Shown: positions 1-12,895, counted from the whole stretch's first letter. The stretch is 63,165 bases of DNA, filler included, from Octopus bimaculoides (GCF_001194135.2; 7 parts of 5 records of this genome joined end to end with filler, not necessarily neighbours in it), one strand, 5' to 3'. Notes: generated by a model not told the origin, from the letters alone. A program made the numbers and translations.

Positions 1-1530
1 CAGCCAGAAATTCTATAATTAAATTCAATAATAAACTATGGACACGTAAGGACACCCCAGATAGATTTGATGTCCCTATGGGAAGCTCCGACTCAGCACA
101 AATAGCTGACTTGGTCTGCACATACATTCTGTATGAATTAGAAGACAAATTCCCAAATGTTAAGGGTGGTCTATACCGAGACAACTGTTTACTCTATTTA
201 AATAGTACCACAAACCAAAAAATACAAAAAGTTAAAAATAGACTAGCTAGATTTTTCAGTAGAATGGGCTTTAGTATAATATTTGAAGACGAAACATCTA
301 TAGCCAACTTCCTAGATGTCACTTTAGACCTACACACAAAAACCTTCTTCCCTTACCACAAACCCTTAAATACATTAGCAAATTTAGTAATCATCCTAAT
401 TCGGTAACAAGAAATTTAGTTAGGAACATTTCACTTAGACTATCAAATTTATCCACAAATGAAAATATCTTCAATAAGGAAGCTGACTTTTACAACTCTG
501 CTTTATTAAAAGCAAGATATAGAGAAAAAGTTAGTTATATTAATTCTACTTATGAAATCGATACCCGTAATAATAATAATAATAATATAGATTTTAATAT
601 TAACAGCAACGATATATACAATTATCATTCTCATCATAAAACTTTTGATGATAACAAACAGTCAAACATTTCTTTAGATTATAGGGGAAGTAACCGCCAG
701 TTTAAACACTTTTTCAATAATAACAATAATAAATTGAAACTATTTAGAAATAATAATAGCAAACATTCTAAACCAGAATCTGATAAAAAATATTTGGCTG
801 AGAGTACCTTTTGGTAAAAATATAAAATCAAATTTGGTTTCCCAGTTCCAAAATGCTGTTAATAAGAATTTTCCAAAACATTCTCATTATTTTCCAGTCA
901 TCAAACACACACAGGGTTAGATTCGGTTTCTCTAACACTAAAAACATCTCACAAATAATATCCGCACACAATATGAGACTTTTACATTCACAAGAGAGTA
1001 CCAACAGCAATAACATTAAGTCAGACATTACAAACCTTTACCATAATAACAATAATAACACTAATAATAAACCAAAGAACAATAATTATAATATGATATA
1101 TAATAATAATAATTACAACAACAAAATCAATCTTTCTGAAGTTAACAGCAAAAGAATTAGTTTCTTAAGTGATAATGCCAAACTCAAAAACACACTATAT
1201 ATCAATGCCAGGTCAGCACTACTACAAATGTGTCCTTTTATATTGGATCATCCTCTTCGCCAATATCCTCCAGAATTTTTAATCATTATTCTTCCTTTAG
1301 AGATAGAAACAAATGAAATACCACGAGCCTTAGTAAATTAATTTGGGAACTTAAAGACAATAACATAAAATTTAAACTAGACTGGCTAATTCTTTCTATT
1401 TCTAGGCGATATGAAAAGGGCAGAAGATTCTGTCCATTATGTAATACTGAGCTATTTTTTATCTTATTTTCAAAGAATAAACTGGTGAACACGTTCATCG
1501 AAAACTCTTACAGATGTAAACATTGGCAGC
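1..1530 (+). mobile_element. Decayed Penelope-like retroelement (RT C-terminal half, thumb, GIY-YIG endonuclease), frameshifted, with Asn-rich linkers
   Basis: Across frames it reads FDVPMGSSDSAQIADLV..GLYRDN..ANFLDVTLDL..PYHKP, then SNHPNSVTRNLVRNISLRLSNLS, IWLRVPFGKNIKSN, RVRFGFSNTKNISQIISAHN, YQCQV..FYIG and NHYSSFRDRNK..SLSKLIWELKDNN..RFCPLCNTE. These match PLE RT and GIY-YIG motifs in the expected order. Confidence 0.9.
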
Positions 1531-2831
1531 AACATGTGTTCACAGCGTTTAAATAATAAACACTTATTTACAAAACGCTAACAAATTAACTTGTAACACA
1601 TTAGTTCCTAAAATAATTCTAGAAACACATGACATTTATACCTTTATATGTAAAAAAATATCATAGACTGATTACGCTTGACATATGTTATCTAAAAATT
1701 CTTTATTTGTAAACCTAAATTAGAACACCAACAAAATCTATAAACATAAACTAGAGCATTATTTTCAGTTTAATTCATCATAAACATTACCTCCTACAAT
1801 TGTCTAATATGCAGTGCCATATTAACCTTACTCATTCTTCTTCATACTTCATTGTACTTCAATATCATTCATTTACGACTTCCAATTTATTCAGCAATAA
1901 TAAGAGTTTTTTATGTTATTTGCTTTCTTAGTGAGAGTTTTCTAAATCTACGATTCTAATTTATCATATTAACGTTCCTAGAAACATCTTTAATTCTAAA
2001 ACAATCTTAGTTTAATTGTTTATTCTCATAGCAAGATATATCCCAAACATTTAAATATCCTATTATATGACACATAAATTACTGATCAACAAATATATTT
2101 TTTTCTAATCTCGGAAAAACTTTTACATTAATAGATATGGTACGGAATTACTGTAGTAAACCTTGTTTATAATATTAACTTTGTCTTCTTAAGCAATTTT
2201 TACTCTTTCAACCCCTACGTCAGTCCAACTTTTTTTTACATATATATTAATTAAATAATCCATTCATGTAGATTAATAGACCACCCATTAACTTTATTAT
2301 TTATTAATTAATTATCAATCATTTAATATCTCATTCACTAATATAAGAATCACCTTCTGATAAATATCCCTCTGCTTTATTACTAATTACCACACATCTA
2401 CCGTATGTATATATGTACTAAGGAGTGTATACTATTGCGTATGCGTTTCTATGTAAATAGAACAACACATACATAAATATATGTGTGTGCGAATGTATGT
2501 GTATGAGTGTTCGTATGTACATATGTATCTGTGTGTGTATACATTCATGTTTTTGTATGAAACTATATGTGTTTGTGTAGATTTTTGTATATATTTGTTG
2601 TCATTATTAATAAAAATATATATGAACATGTGCGTATATATGCTTGGTTGGATGTATATATGTTTATGTATGTATATGTATATATGTTTATGTATGTATA
2701 CATATATGTGTGTGTGTGGGTATGTATATATATATGCGTGTTTGTGCGTGTATGTATGCATGTGTGTATATGTATATATATATATATNNNNNNNNNNNNN
2801 NNNNNNNNNNNNNNNNNNNNNNNNNNNNNNN

Positions 2832-2843
2832 TTAATTAATTAA
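2832..2843. other. Assembly gap linker TTAATTAATTAA (six-frame stop) inside 100-bp N gaps; also at 25506, 29121, 35531, 54285 and 60340
   Basis: The identical 12-mer occurs six times, centred in N runs (44 N + 12 + 44 N where counted). It marks gaps of unknown size and is not biological. Confidence 0.95.
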
Positions 2844-2892
2844 NNNNNNNNNNNNNNNNNNNNNNNNNNNNNNNNNNNNNNNNNNNNTATAT

Positions 2893-2927
<35 letters not shown>

Positions 2928-2929
2928 AT

Positions 2930-2962
<33 letters not shown>

Positions 2963-3219
2963 GTGAGAATAAAAAAAACAAAAACGAAGACGGGTGAGTA
3001 ACCGACGAAAATGTATAGTGGCTAGCGATCTATCATGTCGAATGCTGAACAGACGGGTCACATAGGGCAGCTAGGAAGAAGGGGAGATAATAAAGTAGTA
3101 GTGATCCCAAAACTGTGTGCTTGCGTGTGTATGTGAGAGCGTGTATATGAGAGCGTGTATTCATAGATATTTGCGCTTATTATGTATAATAATTATTGTA
3201 GTCTTTGTATAATACACAC

Positions 3220-3316
3220 TCGCAGTCCTGCCTTTCCACATGTTTTCTCAATTGGGTGTCGCAAATTTGTAATGCTGCTAGCATGCAATCTTTCCAACTG
3301 GCAGAGATCACTTCAT
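3220..3316 (-). CDS. Paralog A exon 2 of a small Cys-rich surface/secreted protein: (N)EVISASWKDCMLAALQICDTQLRKHVERQDC(E)
   Basis: Acceptor ttttatttttgcattacag| and donor GA|gtgtgt; 97 nt, phase 1 to 2, open. Homologous exons at 13885-13982 and 23315-23420 share W, three Cys and the splice phases. Confidence 0.85.
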
Positions 3317-5945
3317 CTGTAATGCAAAAATAAAATCCCTTTTGTTATGTCTATTAAACTAAACATTTCCATAATCGTAGAAACATTTCATACATACCTT
3401 TAACCATTATATACATCAAGAAAGACGAAATATTATATTGTGGAAACTGACGGGGTTGCATCATAGAATTGCCTATATATCAAGCGAGAAGCTGCTGAAG
3501 TAGATGATAGGGAATATCTGACTCGGATTATTTTGGAAGACATTTTTGATTTCTCGTAAACAGAAATTACATATTTCATGATCTTTCAAATATCCTGTAG
3601 AAGATCGACAACGGCTCGATCCAGGCGCTCGTTTTTACTATTATAGTAACTAAACAGTCCACTATATCAATGACGTACTCTTAATGGCATCCAGCCCAAT
3701 GCCACTGTTATAGTTATTCAGAATTTCGCTTCAAATGTCAACCGGCATTTTCTTTATCGTTGTTTGTCTTTCATACGAAACAATTGCAAAGTCAGAATTT
3801 ATAGATATAAATTTCGCATGTCATATGTCATATAAACATTTCAAATCTTGGTAATTTTGGATGTAAATATTTGCTTAATACGATTTGTGTTATTGAGGCA
3901 ATATTATGCCGTAATTGGTGCTGTTTTGAAAAGTAATCTCAGAGTGGCACTTCGGTGATTCAAAATATTCATTATGCATAATTTAGAATTAACTGATATT
4001 TGATCGAATTAACGGATAACCTGAAATTATTATACAATGACCATTAGTCCATGGGTTACCTACGTACGTGTGCGCATGTGTATGGGGGGGGTCTTTGTGT
4101 GTATGTGTGTTTGTACGTGAGGGATATTAGCCTGTGTGTGTGAGTAGGTGTGCGTTTAAGAAACAAGCAAAATAAATAATTTTGTTGCTGCATTTACTTT
4201 CTTCTACGATTATAAAACAGAATGTCCTTCCTTTTAGCAAAACTCAGTTTGATCCATACTCACTTCTGCATTTAATTTGCTATCTTCTCTTAAAGATACA
4301 TTATAACAGCTTGCGGCATAACATTAATGGCCGTGAAGTCACAGTATACTTTGGCATTATAGTTTAATCTTATTTTTCGTAAGAGTATATATATATATTG
4401 GTTATCTTCAGTGTTCGAAACAGCGTTATAGATTCTGTTGAAAAGATCTGTGGGTTTGTCAATAAAATAATCGTCTAATATTACATTTGGACTTCAAATA
4501 TTTATTTAATTATTGTATCACTCTGTCATTTCTCGGAAATAAATTTACATTCTACTGTCGATGTTTCTGCCGAGATTCTCAATTTCAACAGATTCTCTTT
4601 CAAGTGAATATCACTCAAACAGTCTGCATGTACTTTGAAAGAATGCTTGTTGTGATTATAATTCCTAAGATCACGGTTCTCTGTGTTTAGATTTCCCACA
4701 TTAATTAGATGATTATTTTCAATCCTTTGCCACCAGACTTACTTTTGGATGCTTCAAAGAACATGCTAATTAAGTCACTAACTCATCTGTCACCGTACGT
4801 AATAGAGAGCTCATAAACTACTTAGTAATATTCCGCTTAGAATAAAAGGATATCTTAATCATTTTGTGTTATATTCATTTCAAAATGTAGCCATGAAAAT
4901 AGACCTGGATTTACCTAATTCAGGAGGTATATGAGCTGTGACGCAATGATGCGTGATATTACCATACCTAAATGATATCTAAAGCGATTATATTTTCAGC
5001 ATGTCAAACCAGAATAATGGATACGAAAAAGGCTTATGAGATACTTTTCTTGGTACGTGGCAACAAAGATATCTTATAAAAGTGGAAAAATTGAGGAGTA
5101 AAATACGATAGAGTAAAATACGGTAAATGCAAAAAATTGAACGAGAAAGAAACGAAAGCAAGAATACGGACATCCCCGTTCTTCTTGGTTGAAGAAGTAT
5201 CAATTAAAATGAGAGAAAATATGTTAAGATCCGTTATGGCGCAAATCAGTGGTGAGCGATTGGCGTCTCTAGTTCTGCAAAAGAAAAACTTTCATAAGTC
5301 AGTACTTGCTAAAAATTTAAGATCTGCAATTAAGCAGCCTGTTCGAATTCTTGGATAAAAGAAAAAAATATGGGATTATTCTATTCAGCAGGCTTTGCGT
5401 TTCTTAGGTCCTTTAATATATGTCTTAGATTTTTACACGATTCCCCACTTCGTTGCATATGGTGCAAAGTTGGTTTTCTAACTGAATACGTGACTATCCA
5501 GCATAGCTGTAACTCTTTTGTGGATGCGCAGGACGATACATAGGTGATTTGAGTAACTTCTTTTAGAATCGCCTTTACATTACCCTATGTACTTGGTCCA
5601 TTCAATTAGACGATCGTGAGAGTTTGCTGTTATTTTTGATTGGTGTATCATGAAGTTTATAATACACACCTTGAGTGATGGGGAAGCTTCACGGTCTCGA
5701 AATCTATTATAACGGGAATACAATACAATATAACAGAAATGAATGCATTGTTTCCACTCAGTAAAATGCAAGAAAAATATTTTATTTACGATTCCAGCAT
5801 ATGAAGAAAGGGTGAGATGTAAAATTATATATCTGTAATGTGTGTGGGTCCGTGTGTGCGTGTGTGTGTATTGTTATATTTCCTGAAATAGTGCAATATC
5901 TGAGGCAGCAAACGGTTTCATATCAGGAATATTGCAACACAAATG

Positions 5946-5995
<50 letters not shown>

Positions 5996-6025
5996 NNNNN
6001 NNNNNNNNNNNNNNNNNNNNNNNNN

Positions 6026-6073
<48 letters not shown>

Positions 6074-6256
6074 CGAGACAGACATATAGAAAGAGAGGAT
6101 GATAAATAATATTTAGAAATTATGAATAAATATAAATGTATTATGGGAAATCGACATTGTAAAGGCTAGAACGATAGACGTCTTGATTGTTATAATCATC
6201 GCCATTTTAGATACTAATACACATGGGAATGGAATACTTAACATATATATACTTAC

Positions 6257-6296
6257 TTAAAAGACATAGAAAAATAAATAAAGTATATTTCATCAT
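6257..6296 (-). CDS. Paralog A exon 1, signal peptide MMKYTLFIFLCLL
   Basis: ATG..TTA A|gtaagt (phase 1). Splicing to 3220-3316 gives MMKYTLFIFLCLLNEVISA-SWKDC, a typical signal peptide. Homologous to 16644-16680. Confidence 0.85.
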
Positions 6297-6374
6297 GCCG
6301 TTGCCTAAGGTAGGCTTCCTCAGGTTTGATCAAACTGAAGTCGTCTACAAATAGCGGTTTCTTAAAGAAATACG

Positions 6375-6896
6375 TATGATGTAACACATGTTTTGGTCTT
6401 AATATAGGTATATGCCAATTGCTCTTCATGTTCGTTCATAGAGATAAATTTGACATTGAATATTTCATATGTGACTTTAGAAGAATTTATGTACATACTC
6501 ATTTTTTCTTTTGCTATCGTGGTTGCTATCGTGAATTGATGAGTCAGCGCCATTGAATTTAAGACATACAATGTGCGACGTGTCACTACGCAGGCTTACC
6601 ATTTGAGCATGTGTTTATGGAAAGGGGGCGACAGCCAGACGTTTCTGGTTGATTGTATCTCCGTATGACTAATGCTTTTGTTAGGTCTGGGTAGTCCGAT
6701 CCCCCGAAAAGTGGAGTGTCTTAAATTCAATGGCGCTGACTCATCAATTCACGATAGCAAAAGAAAAAATGAGTATGTACATAAATTCTTCTAAAGTCAC
6801 ATATGAAATATTCAATGTCAAATTTATCTCTATGAACGAACATGAAGAGCAATTGGCATATACCTATATTAAGACCAAAACATGTGTTACATCATA
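6375..6896. repeat. Near-perfect inverted duplication (arms 6375-6566 and 6717-6896, 150-bp spacer) upstream of paralog A
   Basis: The ORF track gives the same peptide on opposite strands (6362-6586 minus, 6730-6996 plus). By my reading the arms differ only by a 12-bp tandem duplication in the left arm. Confidence 0.95.
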
Positions 6897-7806
6897 TATA
6901 TACATATATATGGGATTATATACATATTATATACATATTTTATCTCACCATGGTGACTTTAAATGTCTCTGTATTTCCAAATTTGTAATCAAATAACCCA
7001 CCAATAAGCTGAGAATGAAACTTACCTATATACACAAGCAATCCTATCTATAATGTCCTACTTGATAGCTGCGATCGGTATTACGGTACCTAATAACTCT
7101 TCATCTGATGAAATCTTTGATTAGACTACTAGCAGCGAAAACTAACAACAGTGACCTTGATCTAAGAAAAATTGAGGAAGGGCCGACTTACTCTGGTCTG
7201 TATTATTTGTGAATAGAGAAGTTGTATTCGATCAGAGAGAATCTATTGTTATTATCATTATTATTTTTTTCCACTGCATTTCTGTTATTGCGATAAAAGG
7301 CATTTTACATATCTCGGATAGTCAGGGAGAAAATAATGGTAATATTGTAGAAATTAAAGTTGACTTTTCTAGAGATGTTCATTTGTACGTTCAGTTAGAG
7401 AAACAGTTGTGTTTTTGCAATAAAAAGGATGATTACAATTTTGAATAGAAAGGAAGAAAAGACAAGAAGACTCAAATTTTCTCAGAAAGTTTTAAGATTC
7501 ACCAAAGATGGTCTATTGTATGTCCACACAGAGAAAACTATAATGTTTTTAGAATAATAATAAAAAAAAAGAATGTTTACTTTTTCAGATACTCTGGGAG
7601 AGAGTGGAAAGGATGAGTATTCATAGTAGTTGTGGATATTAAAGTTTGTGTCTTTGAAAACCGTAGATATTCCACTCTTTGAGAGTTATTTTCCCCCCGT
7701 TGTCCTGCTTGGTAATATTAGCGTTTGTATGTCTTTCAGTTACTGAATGGTAAGAGCAGCGAGGAACACGTCCAGCTGCTGTCAAGCTTGGCGCTGTTCT
7801 CTTATG

Positions 7807-7854
<48 letters not shown>

Positions 7855-8530
7855 GTTCAGTAGTTTTATTTTTATAACGTGCTTTCACTTCACTACCGAG
7901 CGCAGCTCTGTGCGCCTTGGGTATGTGCTGTGGTTTGCTGTGGTGCTCTTATGTTTACTGTATTGAAAGTGTTTTGCGTAGAATGTGTGCAGTACCCAGT
8001 AGTGCAATTTTCTGTATGTTATATATATTTGTAAGTCCTGGTGTTTTTGTTATGTATTTGTCTGAATATTTTTTTATTATACCTAAGGCACCTACTATGA
8101 TAGGAATTGTTTCTGTTTTTAGATTCCACATTCGAGTTATCTCTATTTCGAGATATTTGTATTTTGAAGGTTTTCCATTTCTTTTAGAGAAACGTTGTCA
8201 TCTGCTGGTATTGATACATCAATTAGAAAGCATTTTTTTTCTTCATGATCATTGCCGACTATATCTGGTCTATTTGCCTTAATTTCTCTATCTGTGTGTA
8301 TTGGCATATCCCAGAGTATGGTTGCTTTCTCGTTTTCTGTGACCTTTTCTGGCGTGTGTTTATACCATCTTTTTTCTGTTGTTATTCCATAGTGTTGGCA
8401 TAGCTTCCAGTGTATATAGGTCCCAGCTCTGTCGTGTCTGTGAATATATTCCTTCTTAGCCAGGACTGGGCAGCCAGAGATAGTATGATTTATTGTTTCT
8501 TGTCCATCTCCTATCATTATTATTATTATC
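7807..8530 (-). mobile_element. 5'-truncated R4/Dong-like non-LTR retrotransposon (zinc knuckle remnant, restriction-like endonuclease) embedded in (TAA)n
   Basis: ETINHTISGCPVLAKKEYIHRHD, ILWDMPIHTDREIKANRPDIV, IDVSIP, then RMWNLKTETIPIIVGALGII..QKIALLGTAHILRKTL*. TAA repeats flank both ends. Confidence 0.9.
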
Positions 8531-10104
8531 TCATTTATTTATTCTACTTTTTGTAGATTGCAAGTTTACCTTTTTCCACCTTAGTGAGAAAACATTAAGG
8601 GTTACTTCCCTTCCTTAGTTTCTTCTGTTTTTCTTGCTATCCTTTGGAGCTTCGTAATTTTGGACATTATGTAAATCATTTGTATTTTCCTTACTCATAT
8701 TATTAAAGAAACCATTTAGTTTTTTTTTTAGTATTTAGAGCGGATATAATTCGTGCAATGTTTTTTTGAAACGCAGAAATCCGCCCTTAATTTGTGCAAG
8801 TTTATTATTTTGTGGTAATCGTCTCCTTTCAAAATGTTCCAGCATTAGCAACAGACTTGGACTGAATCTAAGACTATATATACACACACACACGCACGCA
8901 CACACATGCCTATATGTAGGGCTGTTGTAATTTTTTTCTCACGATAAGATTCCCTATTAATTGTGTCTTATTTTCATTATGTTTAGTCTTCTTTTCATCT
9001 CGTCAATGACATACTACATTTACTCATATCACAAAAGCAACCAGCGAAATAGTAACATGATGCATGTTAGTATATATATATATATAATATTAGGGAATAA
9101 AGTATTATTCCAACCTTAGAGGTAAAATTAAGTATGATAATATGAGACCGAATTACGTAATATATAATATATGTATATAACTAATTTAGAGACGAACCAC
9201 CATTCCACAATTCAGTCAATGAAGAACCCGTCCAAAACCATGCTGTGAGACATATAGCATACAAAATACTAATCTAAAATTTTAATAGTAAATTATATAT
9301 ATAGGTTGAAATCTTACCGAAACTAAGCGCATGTTCCATAATTTTCCCATACATATATATTAAGTGAACAAAAGTGGCAGAGATTTGATTGTAGAAGCCA
9401 TTACACTAAAGTTACGAAGGTTTTATTGACCTGGACAAATCAATCTTCAGCTGGTCTATTGATGCCTATGTTGAAATTTGATGTATTGCCGGTGTAAAAT
9501 TTTACCAGCATAAATTTTTTCTTGTCGGCGTGTTCTGTATATTATAATGTAAATATTCTTGCTGCCATTAAATAGAATTGAAGCAAAATAGAAGTTGTAG
9601 AATTTTAGCGCTATTCGCGTTTCAATTTTTAAGTGCGCCACATCACTGTTACTTATAAATCGAATCTATTGCCGTGAATTGCATTTTAGTATGTTCGTAT
9701 TTAAATTCCCATTGTTTTTAATGCATCAAATAATTTAGGGGATATCTGATAAGCATTTATGGATTTTATTTAGGGATTTTCAGATATTAAACATGAATTG
9801 AGACGAAATTGTAAATGTCTAGTAAATTAGAGGAATAATTGAGATAAAAAGTTAAATAATTACATGCATATTTAAAGTTGATATAGCAAAACATATCAAA
9901 ATTAATATTAAAATCTTTATTTTCAATTGTAATGACTATTTCATATTGAAAATTAAAATTATAGGAAATATGCAAAACAAATTTACACGTTTACATTTCA
10001 GGTGTGTAATTATTCCAAGCATTGATGCATTGCAAAGATGCAACACCGAATCATCGAAAAGAGTTAGTTAATAATGCATGCAAGTTATCGTTGCAACCAT
10101 GCAT

Positions 10105-10161
10105 CTATATTAATGAGGTAATAACAAGTGCAGAAAGAATTACTGGTGTGTACATAGCCAC
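10105..10161 (-). pseudogene. Paralog B distal terminal exon, hydrophobic tail VAMYTPVILSALVITSLI*
   Basis: Strong acceptor ctattcgttttacag|GTG conserved with 19749. The phase 0 reading is hydrophobic in both paralogs and ends in a stop. Confidence 0.65.
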
Positions 10162-10291
10162 CTGTAAAACGAATAGGGATACATGTTAGACATAAATATT
10201 GAAAGTAGTGTCATGAGAATGACGGAAGTATACAAATAAGTATATATTTCTAGTTATTAAAATTGTTGTGTTACACGGAATATCATCACGA

Positions 10292-10387
<96 letters not shown>

Positions 10388-10542
10388 NNNNNNNNNNNNN
10401 NNNNNNNNNNNNNNNNNNNNNNNNNNNNNNNNNNNNNNNNNNNNNNNNNNNNNNNNNNNNNNNNNNNNNNNNNNNNNNNNNNNNNNNNNNNNNNNNNNNN
10501 NNNNNNNNNNNNNNNNNNNNNNNNNNNNNNNNNNNNNNNNNN

Positions 10543-10588
<46 letters not shown>

Positions 10589-10819
10589 AGAGTTATTGTG
10601 TATGTAAAGGGTGAGTCTTTGCTACTTATCTCTTGGAAAGATGGGGTCAAATTTAATGACATAGAGACCCGCTTCTGTTAACCTTATGTAGCACAATCTG
10701 TTTCTTTACAAGGTAAAATTATTTTGATATGTAGTTCACCTCGATTGTATCTTGATAGCCGCATTAACATAGTTAATATATGTATATCACAGTGATACAG
10801 AATTCCTCATCGTATTCCA

Positions 10820-10932
10820 TTTATTTTTGTAGGACTGTCATTATAGTACATCAATTATAAATGGATATATCACAATTAAATTATATTAATAACTTCATTA
10901 ATGTCAAAGCTGTTAGACCGCGATTTTTATTA
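10820..10932 (-). other. Paralog B candidate proximal terminal exon (starts with TAA, AATAAA about 110 nt downstream)
   Basis: Acceptor tcatatcctttcag|TAATAA with AATAAA at 10820-10825. The same arrangement occurs in C (cag|TAATGA at 20381, AATAAA at 20271-20276). Confidence 0.4.
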
Positions 10933-11059
10933 CTGAAAGGATATGAAACGTATCTGCATGATAGTGTGCATTGAAGCATAGCATTTTAATTATGATTGTA
11001 ATAACTTATTTTATATGTAAATACAAGAGTACAGTTCTATATTTAAGAGATGAGGAATT

Positions 11060-11232
11060 ATTTACATTATTTACATTATTTACATTTGACGGATATTTGT
11101 CCTCATCTTGTTAACACAACGTTTCGGCTGATATACGAAGGCTGGAGGGTATATCAGCCGAAACGTTGTGTTAACAACAAACAAGATGAGGACAAATATC
11201 CGTCAAATGTAAATAATGTAAATAATGTAAAT
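11060..11232. repeat. 77-bp-stem palindrome derived from a Penelope-type repeat, inserted in a paralog B intron
   Basis: Arms 11060-11136 and 11149-11232 are reverse complements apart from one 7-nt gap. The palindrome is absent from the homologous intron of C. Confidence 0.9.
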
Positions 11233-11322
11233 ACAAGAGTAGTCTGGAAGTCGAATAATAATACTATAATTGAATGATAATACAATAAATGATAATACCA
11301 TTAATAACATGAACTCACTTAC

Positions 11323-11343
11323 CTCGTGTCGACTGCCAACGGT
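11323..11343 (-). pseudogene. Paralog B 21-nt micro-exon TVGSRHE
   Basis: ctttttgttttcag|ACCGTTGGCAGTCGACACGAG|gtaagt; phase 0-0; positional homolog at 20549-20566. Confidence 0.7.
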
Positions 11344-12121
11344 CTGAAAACAAAAAGTGTTATGAATATGAATGTGCCACAACAGTGAATTTAATTTATT
11401 TTCACATATATATCTCAATTAGGACGACATGGGTTCAAACTTACAAAGATCGTTATATAATATACCATCATTATATGTTTGTGTGATTAATGGTAAATGA
11501 CTAATCTTCGTTGTTACGTTTAAGCAGTAATAATTCCATTTGATTAAATGTGATGGAATCAAAATATCACAGGCTGTTAATATTATTTTACCGATTTGCA
11601 GACCATTATTTTGAAATACTGATAATCTAAATATTGCCAAAACGAAGTATTATATTATTTTGCAGCCATCATTATTATATTATATTATATTATATTATAT
11701 TATATTATAGTATATTATATTTTCAACGCTCATTAAATATTATAGTATTTTTCAACTGATATTGGAATTAAACTTCCGCGAGTGGCTTCTGTTGAGTTAC
11801 ATTTAGTAAATCAAATAAAATATATGTTTGGATTGAGACACTTCCCCACAATAACATGAGAATTATAAAAAGTTATCTTAAAGCATAGTGGTTGTATTTA
11901 AGGTATACACCAAATAAACCCTAGGTCACACTCGAACAACTTTCAATCATTTTAGTAACTTCTGTAACTTAATTTGCTACGAAAGTATTCAAAGAAAAAC
12001 GAGAATTGAAAATATTTTTGAATAGTTATCACTATGTGTATTTGACGGCGTAACATGTTTATTGAAAATCCGCCTTCTTCGCTCATAGTCATTATAATTA
12101 GGGTAGAATGTGTCTAATAAT

Positions 12122-12357
12122 TCTTTCACTCTTTTAGTCTTTTACTTGTTTCAGTCGTTAGAATGCGGCCATGCTGGAGCATTGCATTTCAGCAGGATAA
12201 ATCGAACATCTTCTACGTACGCTTAGTACTTATTCTCTCGGCCACTTTTACCGAACCTCTATGTTATAGGGACGTAAACACGCCAACATCGGTTATCACG
12301 CGTTGGTGTGTCGACAAAGACAGACAAACAAATATATACATGTACAGGTATATATAT

Positions 12358-12393
<36 letters not shown>

Positions 12394-12542
12394 ATTTAAT
12401 CGGCGGGATTCTCTCAGGTTCCATATACGAAACCCACTCACAAGGCTTTGGTCGGCCTAAGCCTATGCTATAATAGAACACTTCACCCGGAACCATGTGG
12501 TTTGGAAGCAAGCGTCTTACCACACATCCACTCCTGCATTTA
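12122..12542 (-). mobile_element. Octopus-type composite SINE (family A, internal microsatellite), inserted in a paralog B intron
   Basis: Same sequence family as the copies at 35615, 36697, 43480 and 59955. The flanks rejoin colinearly with paralog C (about 21330), which lacks it. Confidence 0.9.
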
Positions 12543-12895
12543 TATGTCTACGATATTTTTATACACAACAACCTCTGTCGGTTAGTAATCGTTCTGTCTA
12601 TCAAAGTTCACCTTATAGTTTACCATAACAACAATATTCATGCAGAAACCGTATGGTTGGTATTAGTGCTAGATTGACGCACGTTTATATCAGTATATTG
12701 TTAAAGCGTGCGACTGCTATATTCCCTAAGTAAAGGCTGTGCTTGTAGTATCCAATGACTTTTCCACTGTCATGTCAGTTTTTAGATACAATATAACGGT
12801 GTTCTTTTCCGAAAGAAAGCTTTGCTGTGAAGGAGATCAAAATTTAATTTAAGTAGTATCAAATACAAATACAATAGGAGTTACAAATAACTTAC

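Noticed and set aside
3400-4870. Conserved donor-like motifs (4263, 4742) and ..SVFTI* frames in intron 1
   Set aside because: No stop-free phase 1-1 exon exists in more than one paralog, and direct exon 1-exon 2 splicing already yields a complete signal peptide.
10002-10117. Plus-strand exon-like segment with AG/GT (also 19584-19705)
   Set aside because: It has stops in all three frames and overlaps the better-supported minus-strand tail exon.
10685-10795. 111-nt gap-free block (also 20137-20247) open in one frame on each strand (..PRLYLDSRINIV.. / ..LYHCDIHILTMLMRLSRY..)
   Set aside because: The 20 mismatches fall 6/5/9 over codon positions, in-frame stops bound it on both strands, and there is no usable acceptor. 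It is treated as conserved 3' flank.
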